64,000 nucleotides of DNA, from assembly GCA_022865345.1 (NCBI GenBank), contig JALHSU010000134.1:33050-97049 (forward strand), given 5' to 3'. The notes below the pieces were generated by a model that saw only the letters and a list, made by a program, of their open reading frames with translations, ran no database searches and was not told the origin of the DNA. How positions within the stretch are numbered: position 1 is the stretch's first letter; each line of letters begins with the position of its first letter. Both the position numbers and the translations under genes were made by a program. Positions 18,173 through 31,450 of this stretch are shown one piece after another. This DNA comes from Candidatus Zixiibacteriota bacterium. GTDB lineage: Bacteria; Zixibacteria; MSB-5A5; RBG-16-43-9.

Positions 18173-19741
18173 TTATATTTTGGGACGAAGGATTGTTACC
18201 GGGAGAATCATCTCCTCTAAAGAAATACCCCCGTGCTGAAAACTATTTTTGTACTGCCTCTCGTACTCGCTCTGTTTCGTCGGATAGACGAAATAGTAAT
18301 CCTCCTTAGCGATGATGTAGGTAGTGCTCATAGTATAAGTAGGAAGTTTGTATCCCTTGGGATCTTTGATCAGGAGAGCATCCTTCTGGTCACAATTGAG
18401 GTTATCCCCATATTTATATCTTAAGTTGGTGGAGGTATCCTTCTTGCCATGAGCTACTGTTCCCCTGGTACCCAGAACGCTGCCATGGTCAGTGGTCAAA
18501 AGGACTGTGCAGTCCTGCCTGGATAGATACTTCAATATCTCGAAAAGAGAGGAGTGCAAGAACCATGACCTCATCAGGGAACGAAAAGCCCCCTCATCTG
18601 GTGCAATCTCTTTGAGGATCTCAGACTCAGACCTTCCGTGAGCTAAGATATCCAGGAAATTGTAAACTATGGAAAGAAGTGAACCGTTTCTGTAAGATGA
18701 TATCTTCCGGGCTAAATTATCCCCCTCAGCGATATCCAGCACCTTGACATATTTGGGCTCGGTCTTAAAAGTAAGCTTCAACCTTTGCAGCTGGGCGTCC
18801 AGGAGCTGTCTTTCATATCTATTCCGGCTGGACTCATCCTCAGTCCCTGCCTTCCAGAGTTCAGGATAATGCTTTGCCACCTCCTCTGGAAAAAGCCCGG
18901 AGAAAAGAGCATTCCTGGAATAAGGAGTTGCTGTCGGGAGGATGGAATAGTAGTATTCTCTCTGGAGGTTGAAATACTGGTTCAAAATCGGTTCGATGTA
19001 AAGGTACTGGTCCAGCCTCATGCAATCGACCACGATGAAGAAAACCGGTTTTTTCTCCAAAAGCAAAGGATAGAGGTATTTGGGAACGATGTCTACGGAC
19101 AGCGGAGGGGAGTCTTTCTTCTCGACCCAGTCCACATAATTCCTTTCCACGAATCTGCCGAACTCCAGGTCACATTCTCTTCTCTGAGTGAAATGTGTCT
19201 CGGACAAACCTATCTCTTTAAAATCCTCCATCTCCAAGTCCCATTCTGAAAGCAAGCGGTGAATTTCAATCCATTCCCTCCAGCTCACGGGACCAGCTAA
19301 AGTTGAGCGGACCCGGTTAAAATCCTCAGCATATTTTTTCGAGAGGTGCTCTTCCCTGATCCTTCTTTTGCCTAATATCTTTTTAGCAGCTGAGAGCACC
19401 TGGCTGGGATTAACCGGCTTGGTCAGGTAATCGTCTATCTTTTCCCCGATTGCCTGATCCATCAGATTCTCCTCTTCGTTTTTCGTGATCATAATCACCG
19501 GCAGATGAGGATTTTTCTCCTTTATCTCTTCCAGAGTAGTCAATCCATCTTTGCCCGGCATCATCTCATCTAAGAGAACTAAATCGAAATTTTTCTTTCC
19601 CACTAAAGCTATGGCATCATCCCCATTCGTAGCTGGCGTTACTTTGTATCCTCTTTCCTCTAAGAAAATAATATGGGATTTTAGATTATCTATCTCATCA
19701 TCCACCCAGAGAATGCTTTTTATCTCTTCTTTCATCTGCAC
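18173..19741 (-). CDS. PorX-like response regulator: CheY receiver fused to a PglZ/alkaline-phosphatase-superfamily domain
   Basis: N-terminal receiver (VDDE...D...K) then ~380 aa non-HTH effector with metal-ligand-like residues; same architecture as the T9SS regulator PorX. Confidence 0.65.
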   Translation of the reverse strand: MQMKEEIKSILWVDDEIDNLKSHIIFLEERGYKVTPATNGDDAIALVGKKNFDLVLLDEMMPGKDGLTTLEEIKEKNPHLPVIMITKNEEENLMDQAIGEKIDDYLTKPVNPSQVLSAAKKILGKRRIREEHLSKKYAEDFNRVRSTLAGPVSWREWIEIHRLLSEWDLEMEDFKEIGLSETHFTQRRECDLEFGRFVERNYVDWVEKKDSPPLSVDIVPKYLYPLLLEKKPVFFIVVDCMRLDQYLYIEPILNQYFNLQREYYYSILPTATPYSRNALFSGLFPEEVAKHYPELWKAGTEDESSRNRYERQLLDAQLQRLKLTFKTEPKYVKVLDIAEGDNLARKISSYRNGSLLSIVYNFLDILAHGRSESEILKEIAPDEGAFRSLMRSWFLHSSLFEILKYLSRQDCTVLLTTDHGSVLGTRGTVAHGKKDTSTNLRYKYGDNLNCDQKDALLIKDPKGYKLPTYTMSTTYIIAKEDYYFVYPTKQSEYERQYKNSFQHGGISLEEMILPVTILRPKI

Positions 19742-19882
19742 CTCATTTGTATTTTTCTACGAAGAATATTCCTAAGTCACTTTATTGGTTATGTCAGGTC
19801 CTTCGACCTGACACATTTACTGTCTGGAGTAGCTCCAGACAGAACTAAAGAACTAAAAAACTCTCTAATGGCATATTAACAT

Positions 19883-21136
19883 CTAATCTACGCTCTTTTC
19901 TCGACCCTTTTTTGACCCCAGGGGAAGGCAGACCTGGAAAGTCGTCTTCTGATTGGGAATGCTTTCCACCAGGCTCAGTTTCCCTTTATGGTACTCTTCT
20001 ACGATTCTTCTGGCTAAGGAAAGTCCCAGCCCCCAGCCTCTTTTTTTGGTCGTATATCCTGGAGCGAAGATCTTACCCTGTTCTCTGGTCGGAATCCCTC
20101 TGCCGTTGTCAGTCACCAGAATGAAAGCATTTTTTCCGCTCTTATCAATGCCAGTGGAGACCTCTATCTTTCCGTTCTGACACTCAACCGCTTCCACGGA
20201 ATTTTTGAGAAGGTTCTCGATTACCCAGGTTAAAAGCTCGCGGTTCATCTCCAGCTTGAGTGGTTCTCCTAAATGCTCCTCAATTGTTACACCTTCAGGA
20301 GTCCTTTCCTTAAAATATCCTACAGTTTCTGTGACTACTTCATTTAACTCAGTCTCTTTCAACTCCGGAAGAGAGCCTATCTGGCTGAAGCGGGAGGCGA
20401 TTTTTTCAAGCCTCTTAACATCTATTTGCATTTTCTCCAGATAATCCTCCTTTTGACCGGAGCCGGTTTTGAGGAGCTCTATCCAGCCTAAAAGGGATGA
20501 AAGCGGGGTTCCCAATTGATGTGCGGTCTCCCTTGCCATCCCCACCCAGATGTACCTTTTCTCGCTCCTCTGCATGTTTCTGAAACTCATAAAACCGATC
20601 CCGATAACCACCACCAGGAGTCCTAATTCCAGATAAGGCATAATCCGGAGCTGGGAGATAAGTTCTGAATCCCTATAGTGGAGGAAGTTGATAACTTTCT
20701 TTTCCTCTCCATAGTAGATAGGTATGGGCGCTTTATCTTTGTCCATCTTTCTGATCAGTTCTCTTAACTTGAGTTTGGCTTGAACTGTGGTATCATCCCA
20801 GGCTATGCTAATTCCTCTCCAGGCTTGCGGCTGCCCATCAGCTGAGGTGACGATTATGGGGAAATTACTTTTCCTTATTACCTCGTCGAAGATCAGATCG
20901 ATTTCCGCACCGGTGGTTGCCTCAGAAGCTACCAGACTCCAAAGCCTGGCATAAGCTGTTACTACCCTTTTTGAATCTTCCTTCAGCCGGTTGATAACAT
21001 ACTGAGTATAAAAAACATACACCAACGCCAGGATGATTATCCCAAACAAAAGCGCCAGCTTAAAAAAGAGCGAGGAGAACCTCACTCCCGATTCGTATTG
21101 GGTATTTCGTATAGAATGGTTATTTTTCTTTTCCAT
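19883..21136 (-). CDS. sensor histidine kinase (PorY-like, membrane anchored)
   Basis: TM segments; H-box HQLGTPLSSL; HATPase N/G boxes (DNGRGIP, GLGL); adjacent to the PorX-like RR. Confidence 0.7.
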   Translation of the reverse strand: MEKKNNHSIRNTQYESGVRFSSLFFKLALLFGIIILALVYVFYTQYVINRLKEDSKRVVTAYARLWSLVASEATTGAEIDLIFDEVIRKSNFPIIVTSADGQPQAWRGISIAWDDTTVQAKLKLRELIRKMDKDKAPIPIYYGEEKKVINFLHYRDSELISQLRIMPYLELGLLVVVIGIGFMSFRNMQRSEKRYIWVGMARETAHQLGTPLSSLLGWIELLKTGSGQKEDYLEKMQIDVKRLEKIASRFSQIGSLPELKETELNEVVTETVGYFKERTPEGVTIEEHLGEPLKLEMNRELLTWVIENLLKNSVEAVECQNGKIEVSTGIDKSGKNAFILVTDNGRGIPTREQGKIFAPGYTTKKRGWGLGLSLARRIVEEYHKGKLSLVESIPNQKTTFQVCLPLGSKKGREKSVD

Positions 21137-21543
21137 TTTTATATCTTAGATATTATACGCAATTCAGGATGAGTGTCAGGGCAAGCCATAGAAATATAAC
21201 CCCAGCCGGGTCAATATTCAATCTTTTTTGTCGGAATTCCCAAGGAAAAATCTACTCTCAAATAGGGGTAAACTCTGCATCTGCCCTAAAATTATCTTCA
21301 TAGATGACCGGTGAGAATTTTCAGTAGGTCAAGCATGGCGAAGCCTGCTTGACAATTAAATACCGAGTTGGGGTATAAAATAGGTTGTCAACCAGTCCCT
21401 TGGACATGGTTGACCTACTTATCTGCCCGATGAACTCAAGGCAGTATAAGGGAGGGGACCCTGAAAACGGGATTTCGTCAAGCTCAACCATCCCCTCCGG
21501 TACTTGATTCTTTATCCGTTATTCGTCATCCGTCATTCTTCAT

Positions 21544-25120
<3,577 letters not shown>

Positions 25121-25128
25121 TTCAAAAT

Positions 25129-26121
25129 CTACTCCCGGTAATTGGCTATTATCCTTTCTATGCTTGTCTCTAAGCTTACCCTGGGTTTATACCCTATCAG
25201 ATGGTTCAACTTGGCAATATCCGGAACTCTCCGTTTCATATCCTCAAACCCTTTTTCAAAGGCTTTCTCATAAGGGATATACACGATCTTGGATTTGCTA
25301 TTGCTCATCTTTCTGATCAGCATAGCTAACTGCCCGATGGTTATTTCTCTTCCATTTCCTACGTTGAAGACCTCGCCCACCGCCTTAGGGTGTTCGGATA
25401 GCCCGATTAAAGCCGATACCACGTCAGAGACATAGGTGAAACTCCGGCTTTGTTTTCCATCCCCATACACGGTAATTGGATGACCCAGTAGTGCCTGTTG
25501 AACGAATGAGGGCACCACCATGCCATATCGTCCGGTTTGACGTGGACCAATAGTATTGAATAATCTGGCTACTACAATCGGAAGCTTTTTTTCATGAAAA
25601 TAGGCTAAAGATAAGAACTCATCTATCGCCTTGGAGCAGGCATAGCTCCAACGGCTCTTGGTAGTTGGACCATACACGCTGTCGTCATCTTCCCTAAAAG
25701 GAACTTTGCTATTTTTCCCATAGACCTCAGAGGTGGAGGTAAGGATCACCTTTCTCTTGAATTTATTTGCCGCCCGAAGAACTATCTCGGTCCCCAGGAT
25801 GTTGGTTTCTATGGTATCGACTGGCTTCTCGATGATCAGTCTCACGCCTACTGCAGCTGCCAGGTGAAAGATCACTTCACACTTGGAGGCAAGATCTTCC
25901 ATCAGCTTTTCTTCCAGGATAGTCTCGATGGTGATGTGAAACCGCGGATTAGCCGCTAAATGTTTTATGTTCTCCAGCCGGCCAGTGGAGAGGTTGTCGA
26001 TGACATAAACCTCCTCCCCCCTGCGCAGAAGCTCCTCCGCCAGATGCGACCCGATAAACCCGGCACCCCCAGTGATTAATACTCTCATGAAACCTCTACC
26101 CTTAGAAAGTTCTGCCCACAT
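25129..26121 (-). CDS. NAD-dependent NDP-sugar epimerase/dehydratase (extended SDR)
   Basis: GGAGFIGSH Rossmann motif; YxxxK (YACSK) catalytic dyad. Confidence 0.8.
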   Translation of the reverse strand: MWAELSKGRGFMRVLITGGAGFIGSHLAEELLRRGEEVYVIDNLSTGRLENIKHLAANPRFHITIETILEEKLMEDLASKCEVIFHLAAAVGVRLIIEKPVDTIETNILGTEIVLRAANKFKRKVILTSTSEVYGKNSKVPFREDDDSVYGPTTKSRWSYACSKAIDEFLSLAYFHEKKLPIVVARLFNTIGPRQTGRYGMVVPSFVQQALLGHPITVYGDGKQSRSFTYVSDVVSALIGLSEHPKAVGEVFNVGNGREITIGQLAMLIRKMSNSKSKIVYIPYEKAFEKGFEDMKRRVPDIAKLNHLIGYKPRVSLETSIERIIANYRE

Positions 26122-27335
26122 CAGAATCTGCTGAGACCTCTCTTCGCGACTAAATCCTCATATAATTCTTCAATATCTGAAACCAGTCTTGTATAATTTA
26201 ATGCTGGATAGACCTTTTTCCTACCATTTTCTCCAAATTTTAGACCTTCTTGTGGATTCCTTAACAGATATAACATCCCCTGGGCTAAGTTTTTCGAATC
26301 CTGCTTGGGCACAAGAATACCTGTAACCCGGTTCTCCACCAGATCTCTTACCCCTCCAACTTCAGTAGCAACCACAGCTTTTTTTGCTGTTAAAGCTTCA
26401 ATTATGCTAACTGGGAGTCCTTCATTTAGGGAAGAGAGGACCACAATATCTAAGTCCGCATAAATATCGGTAAGATTCTTTCTGAAACCGCAGAAAATAA
26501 CTTTATCCTTGATTCCCAAATCTGTGACTAAATCCATTAGTTTTTTTCTCAGCTCTCCATCGCCAACAACAATAAATTTGGCAGAAGGGAAATCTTGACT
26601 GACGAGTTTAGCCGCTTCCAGGAAGTAAATATGCCCTTTTATCGGAACAAGCCTGGCCACTATTCCAATTAAAGGAATACCCTCATCTAAATTCAATTCC
26701 TTACGAAAAATCCCTTTTTTCTTTTCAGAATTTAAAAAAGGCTCAAGTTCCAAACCCAGAGGAATACAGCTTATTCTGCCTGGATTACAGATCTTGTATT
26801 TCAAAAGCGCTTGTTTCTGAGAATGACTTATAGCAATCACCTTACTGCTTAAAGAGGCGAGCAACCTCTCAATATTTAAAAATAACTTGCTCTTCAAAGA
26901 ACTAAAATATCCCTCAAAAATATTTCCGTGAAATGTATGCACGACTATGGGAACTCCAGCTAACCTGGCTGCAAATCTGCCCAGGGTTCCAGCTTTAGCA
27001 GTATGAGTATGAACGATATCTGGTTTTTCCCTTCTAATTATCCGATATAACTTCCACAAAGCAATCAGGTCTTTTCTCAAGGATATTTCCCGGCTTAATT
27101 CTTTGACGTAGATCAGCTCAATCTTCTTACTCTTAGCCAGCTCATCCATATCCCCCTCATCTTTTCCTTCACTTCCTTTTACCAGGATGCTTTCAAACCT
27201 GTTATGATCCAGGTGTGAAGTCAAAAGAATGGTGTGAAAGGCTGGCCCGCCGATATTCTGCCTGGTTATTATTCTTAAAACTTTGATTCTTTTCATAAGC
27301 AAAAGATTTTCCAAGAAACAACATCTATTAATCAA
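26121..27335 (-). CDS. glycosyltransferase family 4
   Basis: GT-B fold; C-terminal EGLPVSIIEA...G GT4 signature. Confidence 0.75.
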   Translation of the reverse strand: MINRCCFLENLLLMKRIKVLRIITRQNIGGPAFHTILLTSHLDHNRFESILVKGSEGKDEGDMDELAKSKKIELIYVKELSREISLRKDLIALWKLYRIIRREKPDIVHTHTAKAGTLGRFAARLAGVPIVVHTFHGNIFEGYFSSLKSKLFLNIERLLASLSSKVIAISHSQKQALLKYKICNPGRISCIPLGLELEPFLNSEKKKGIFRKELNLDEGIPLIGIVARLVPIKGHIYFLEAAKLVSQDFPSAKFIVVGDGELRKKLMDLVTDLGIKDKVIFCGFRKNLTDIYADLDIVVLSSLNEGLPVSIIEALTAKKAVVATEVGGVRDLVENRVTGILVPKQDSKNLAQGMLYLLRNPQEGLKFGENGRKKVYPALNYTRLVSDIEELYEDLVAKRGLSRF

Positions 27336-29200
27336 AAATTCTCTTTGACCTGTTTAAACCACAGCTCCAGAAGCAATAGAGCCCAAATCTGAGGTCCATA
27401 ATCCATTCTTTTAGACTGATGCTCCTCTATCATTCTTTTTATCTCTCTCCGCTCTAAAAAGCTACCAAGCTGGCTATCAGAGGATAAAAGCAGGTCAAAA
27501 CTCATCTCTTTCAAGTCCTTTCTTAACCAATCCTCAATCGGGAAGGCGAACCCGTGTTTAGGTTTTCTGATGATCTCTTCAGGAAGCTCGGCTCGAGCCA
27601 GCAGTTTAAGGATATACTTGGTTTCTTTACCTTTCAGTTTCAAGGAAGAAGGAAGCTGTGAAGCAAATTCAATCAACTCTTTATCTAAGAAAGGAACTCG
27701 TCCCTCTAAGCTCCAGGCCATAGTCATCCGGTCTTCCTTGACTAAAAGGTCATCTGTCAAATAGGTATGAAAATCTACAAAGAGAAGCTGATTTAAGCGT
27801 TCTTCAGTTTTCATCTTATCAAAATAACTTAAGAAAGGATTTTCGATTTTAATTGCTCCTTTAAAAATCTTTTTTATCTCCTCTGGTTGAAAGATCGACA
27901 TTATTTTAAAATATCGTTCTTCTTCCTGAGAATCAAGAGTAATAAAGAATTTTTTTAATAGGAGAAGATACTCCCCTATTCTGGTCTTTCTGGAGAAGTT
28001 AAAATTTTTAAGAACAGGAGCAAAAATTTTACTTAAAAAGCAATAAGCCAAGTTCCCCAGAGGAAGAGGATAATATCTTCTATACCCAGCAAAAATATCA
28101 TCTCCCCCTGTGCCGGTCAAGACCACTTTAACCTGTTCTCTGGCTTTCATGCTGATATAGTAGGTTGGCAGAACAGAGGAATCAGCCATGGGTTCATCTA
28201 AAAAATAAACGATACGCGGGAGATCATCCTTAATCTCAGGTTTTATTATAAACTCATGATGAAGCGTATTGAATCTTTCGGCAATCACTCTGGCTGAAGG
28301 CCTTTCATCGTAATAACCCATCCCCTCATATCCTACCGTGAAAGTTGAAATAGGTGCAGAAGATACCTCTGAAGCAAAAGCCACTACTAAACTTGAATCT
28401 AAACCTCCGCTTAACAAAACACCTATCGGCACATCTGATACCAGCTGCCTTTTGATAACTTTCCTCCATAAATCCCTTAACCTCTCAACCTGTTCTTCCC
28501 GGGAAATCTCCTTTTGATCATGTTTATAGTTTAAAGTCCAATAAGGTATGTTTTTAATCGATGAAGAACTTACCCGAAGCATATGTCCCGGGGATAATTT
28601 TTTGATACCTTTTAAAATGGTCTCAGGCTGAGGGACGTATCCTAAAGAAAGATAAGCTAAAAGGCCTTCCGGGCTTATCTGTGTAAAGATTCCGGGGTAA
28701 GCCAGAAGTGATTTTATTTCAGAGGCAAAGATAAATTTTTCCTTGTCTGAGTAATAGAAAAGTGGCTTTATACCCGCATGATCGCGAGCTAAGATCAATT
28801 TTTTTTCTTCCGAATCATACAGGGCAAATGCAAAAATCCCATTTAGCTTATTAACGAAATCTAAAGGGTTTTCCTCATATAAATGAACTATAGTCTCAGT
28901 ATCAGACCTGGTTCTGAAATTATGTCCTTTTAAAACCAGCTCTTGCCGTATTTCAGAAAAATTATAGATCTCACCATTGTAAACAATGACTTTGGTTTTA
29001 TCCTCATTAAAAATTGGCTGGGAACCGGTCTCTAAGTCAATTATCGAAAGCCTTCGGATACCCAAGCCCAGGCTTCCATTGAGGTAGAAGCCCTCTTCAT
29101 CCGGACCCCGATGAACCAGCCGCGAGGTCATCCGGCTCAAAATCCCCTTTTCAACCTGCCTGTCAGGTGAAAAATAGAGTATCCCACAGATCCCGCACAT
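27332..29200 (-). CDS. asnB: asparagine synthase-like glutamine amidotransferase (probable sugar amidotransferase in a polysaccharide locus)
   Basis: N-terminal MCGICG class II GATase nucleophile; SGGLDSS PP-loop; embedded among glycosyltransferases like WbpS/LfnA-type paralogs. Confidence 0.8.
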   Translation of the reverse strand: MCGICGILYFSPDRQVEKGILSRMTSRLVHRGPDEEGFYLNGSLGLGIRRLSIIDLETGSQPIFNEDKTKVIVYNGEIYNFSEIRQELVLKGHNFRTRSDTETIVHLYEENPLDFVNKLNGIFAFALYDSEEKKLILARDHAGIKPLFYYSDKEKFIFASEIKSLLAYPGIFTQISPEGLLAYLSLGYVPQPETILKGIKKLSPGHMLRVSSSSIKNIPYWTLNYKHDQKEISREEQVERLRDLWRKVIKRQLVSDVPIGVLLSGGLDSSLVVAFASEVSSAPISTFTVGYEGMGYYDERPSARVIAERFNTLHHEFIIKPEIKDDLPRIVYFLDEPMADSSVLPTYYISMKAREQVKVVLTGTGGDDIFAGYRRYYPLPLGNLAYCFLSKIFAPVLKNFNFSRKTRIGEYLLLLKKFFITLDSQEEERYFKIMSIFQPEEIKKIFKGAIKIENPFLSYFDKMKTEERLNQLLFVDFHTYLTDDLLVKEDRMTMAWSLEGRVPFLDKELIEFASQLPSSLKLKGKETKYILKLLARAELPEEIIRKPKHGFAFPIEDWLRKDLKEMSFDLLLSSDSQLGSFLERREIKRMIEEHQSKRMDYGPQIWALLLLELWFKQVKENF

Positions 29201-29205
29201 AGCCG

Positions 29206-30288
29206 TTATTGCCTTTCAATTGCTTTATTCAAGACTTTAATAAAAACCGGAGCCCAGACGTCCAAGGCATATTTACTTTCTACGGTTTTACGTCCCCGAA
29301 CTCCTATTCTCCTTCTCAGGTCTTGATCTTTTATTAAGGTTTGGATTTTCTCAAACCATTCCTCAGGAGAGGAAGCTAAAAATCCGTTCTCGCCATCTTT
29401 GATAATCTCTTTGTTCATTTCCACAGGTGAGCAGACAGCGGGAATTCCCATGCTCATATAGAGCAGAAGTTTAAAAGCGCATTTGCCTCTAGTCCACGCA
29501 TTATCCGGCATAGGCATTAAACCTATATCAAAGGAACCTAGCTCTTCAATCTCCTCTTCCAATTTCCAGGCACGACATTCTGTGCCAGGCAATTGCTTTT
29601 CATATCTCTCCGCTCCTACTAATCTGATGACCAAACCTGAATTCTCCTTTTTTAATTTCTGGAAAACGTCTTTTAATTCTAAAAGATATTCTGCCGTGCT
29701 GTGGCTTCCAATCCAACCTACTACAATTCCATTTTTCTTATGTGAAGAATTAAATGGTTTGTATTTTTCTGTATCTATAGGGGTGGGAATCACGGTTATG
29801 TTTTTGTTAAATTGTTCAGCATATTCATTCAGATAATTGTTTCCTACTATCACCTGCTGTGAAAGACTGATAATCCTGGCAACTTTTCCTGGATTCTTTA
29901 AAAAAGATATGGCTCGGTTAGCCTCGCTTCTTTCCCCTAAAAAAATTGCATCGTCGAAATCATAAACTAAGGGTTTGCTAAAAAGTTTAGATGACAATAT
30001 TTCAAAAAAAGGGGGACCAAAAGGAAAAGCCTCCCGGTGAACGAAAACCAGGTCATATTTGGATGTACTGAGAAGGTCAATTATTCTTTTCAGGAAACTC
30101 TTGATAAAAAAATAAATTTTAAGCCAGCATCTATTAGGCTCGTAAAGTATGCGGTAAAATTCAGAGGAGACAAAAGGGCGTACTGAATAATCAATCCCTG
30201 CTGCAGACAAATAAGGCAAATACTGCTCTACCCTGAACCTGTTGCTCTGCCCCTCTTTGGGATATGGCACCCAGAAAAGTATTCTCAC
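29206..30288 (-). CDS. glycosyltransferase (GT-B fold, GT4-like)
   Basis: C-terminal GT-B region with E...G motif; no precise family call. Confidence 0.55.
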   Translation of the reverse strand: MRILFWVPYPKEGQSNRFRVEQYLPYLSAAGIDYSVRPFVSSEFYRILYEPNRCWLKIYFFIKSFLKRIIDLLSTSKYDLVFVHREAFPFGPPFFEILSSKLFSKPLVYDFDDAIFLGERSEANRAISFLKNPGKVARIISLSQQVIVGNNYLNEYAEQFNKNITVIPTPIDTEKYKPFNSSHKKNGIVVGWIGSHSTAEYLLELKDVFQKLKKENSGLVIRLVGAERYEKQLPGTECRAWKLEEEIEELGSFDIGLMPMPDNAWTRGKCAFKLLLYMSMGIPAVCSPVEMNKEIIKDGENGFLASSPEEWFEKIQTLIKDQDLRRRIGVRGRKTVESKYALDVWAPVFIKVLNKAIERQ

Positions 30289-30352
30289 CTTGGATTTACT
30301 TGAAACTTTTTCTTACAGTTAAATAAAATGACTCTGTGAAAAGACTCTACTT

Positions 30353-31447
30353 TCAGTTCAGATTAGACAGAATAGCCTCTTCAAACTCCTTAGCTGATTC
30401 CTTAAGGTCAAATTTTTTTATAAAGTTTGCTCCAGTTAGGGCTAACTTTAGGCGTAGAGGCTGATTCTCTATTAATTTAATAATCTTCTCGGCCATATCT
30501 TCTGGATCTCCAACTTTTGTTAGCAGTCCTATCTCCTGATCTTTCACAAACTCTTCTGCTCCCTTATTCCTTGTGCTTATGAGCGCACATCCACAGGCCA
30601 TAGCCTCAGCCGCAGGCAATCCCCAGCCTTCAGACCAGCTTGGATTTATGAAGATACTACAACTGTTGTAAATATCTACAAGCTGAGAGGGCGACGGGTT
30701 TCTCCGATATTCAATCCAGAAAGGTATTTCTGAGTTTCGTGAACATACACTGAAGAAGATAGCTTGAAGCTGAGGAAATCTTTCCTTTACATTTTTTAAT
30801 GCTTCGATCCCGTCCTTAGAGCCCTTCCACTCATAAATTGAATAACACATTCCTATTTTTATAGGAAGCCGATCTTCAACTGGCCTAATAATTTTAAAAA
30901 AATCAAAATCTAAACCATTTGGTATACAAGCTATTGGTTCTTCGTTCATACTTTTAAGCATCTTTTCAAGCCAGATTGAAACCACAATCTTTTTAAGAGG
31001 AAGCTTAAAGGTAGCATTTACTTTTACATCTTCCGTATCCCAGTTTTCATACCCTTGAATAAAGTAAAATTTAGTTCCTTTATCTGGGCTTAATCTGTTT
31101 ACGTTCTCAGCAGTTGACCAAGCCGTAGCTATGACAGCATCAGCTGAAGGGATATTACTATCATCGAGATCAAGCACCACTGTACTTTCTACTTCCGGAG
31201 AGAGTTTGAACCAACCTGGCTCAGCTTTTCTACTAAGGAAGGTCTTTGACCAGAATGCCAATCTTAAAAGTTTCTTCCATATATTCATATTCCCCCTGTC
31301 GAACCTGAGCGTATGAACTATGCGAACTTTATGCCCCTTATCTACTAAGCAATTAGCATAACTATATACCATCTTAAAACCACCTACCGGAAACCTTGCC
31401 CAGCCAGGCAATACAAATGTGATCCTCATAGACTTTTTTTGAACCAA
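30353..31447 (-). CDS. glycosyltransferase family 4
   Basis: SEGWGLPAAEAMACG GT4 signature. Confidence 0.7.
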   Translation of the reverse strand: MVQKKSMRITFVLPGWARFPVGGFKMVYSYANCLVDKGHKVRIVHTLRFDRGNMNIWKKLLRLAFWSKTFLSRKAEPGWFKLSPEVESTVVLDLDDSNIPSADAVIATAWSTAENVNRLSPDKGTKFYFIQGYENWDTEDVKVNATFKLPLKKIVVSIWLEKMLKSMNEEPIACIPNGLDFDFFKIIRPVEDRLPIKIGMCYSIYEWKGSKDGIEALKNVKERFPQLQAIFFSVCSRNSEIPFWIEYRRNPSPSQLVDIYNSCSIFINPSWSEGWGLPAAEAMACGCALISTRNKGAEEFVKDQEIGLLTKVGDPEDMAEKIIKLIENQPLRLKLALTGANFIKKFDLKESAKEFEEAILSNLN

Positions 31448-31450
31448 ATC

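Noticed and set aside
18173-19741. PglZ-domain protein as a BREX defence component
   Set aside because: The PglZ-like domain is fused to a CheY receiver and paired with a histidine kinase (PorX/PorY architecture). No brxA/B/C/L or pglX-sized neighbours are present, and the big methyltransferase is 26 kb away on the other side of unrelated operons.
21137-21543. T-box or other known riboswitch in the long gap next to serS
   Set aside because: The gap is downstream of serS (3' side) and upstream of the histidine kinase, not in the serS leader. I could not recognise specifier or T-box motifs, so the structured segments are better explained by REP-like hairpins (gtaggtcaagc...ggttgacctac).
27332-29200. 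AsnB as housekeeping asparagine synthetase
   Set aside because: This is not rejected outright, but its position deep inside a glycosyltransferase/Wzx/Wzy locus makes a sugar-amidotransferase role more likely. It cannot be decided without the rest of the genome.
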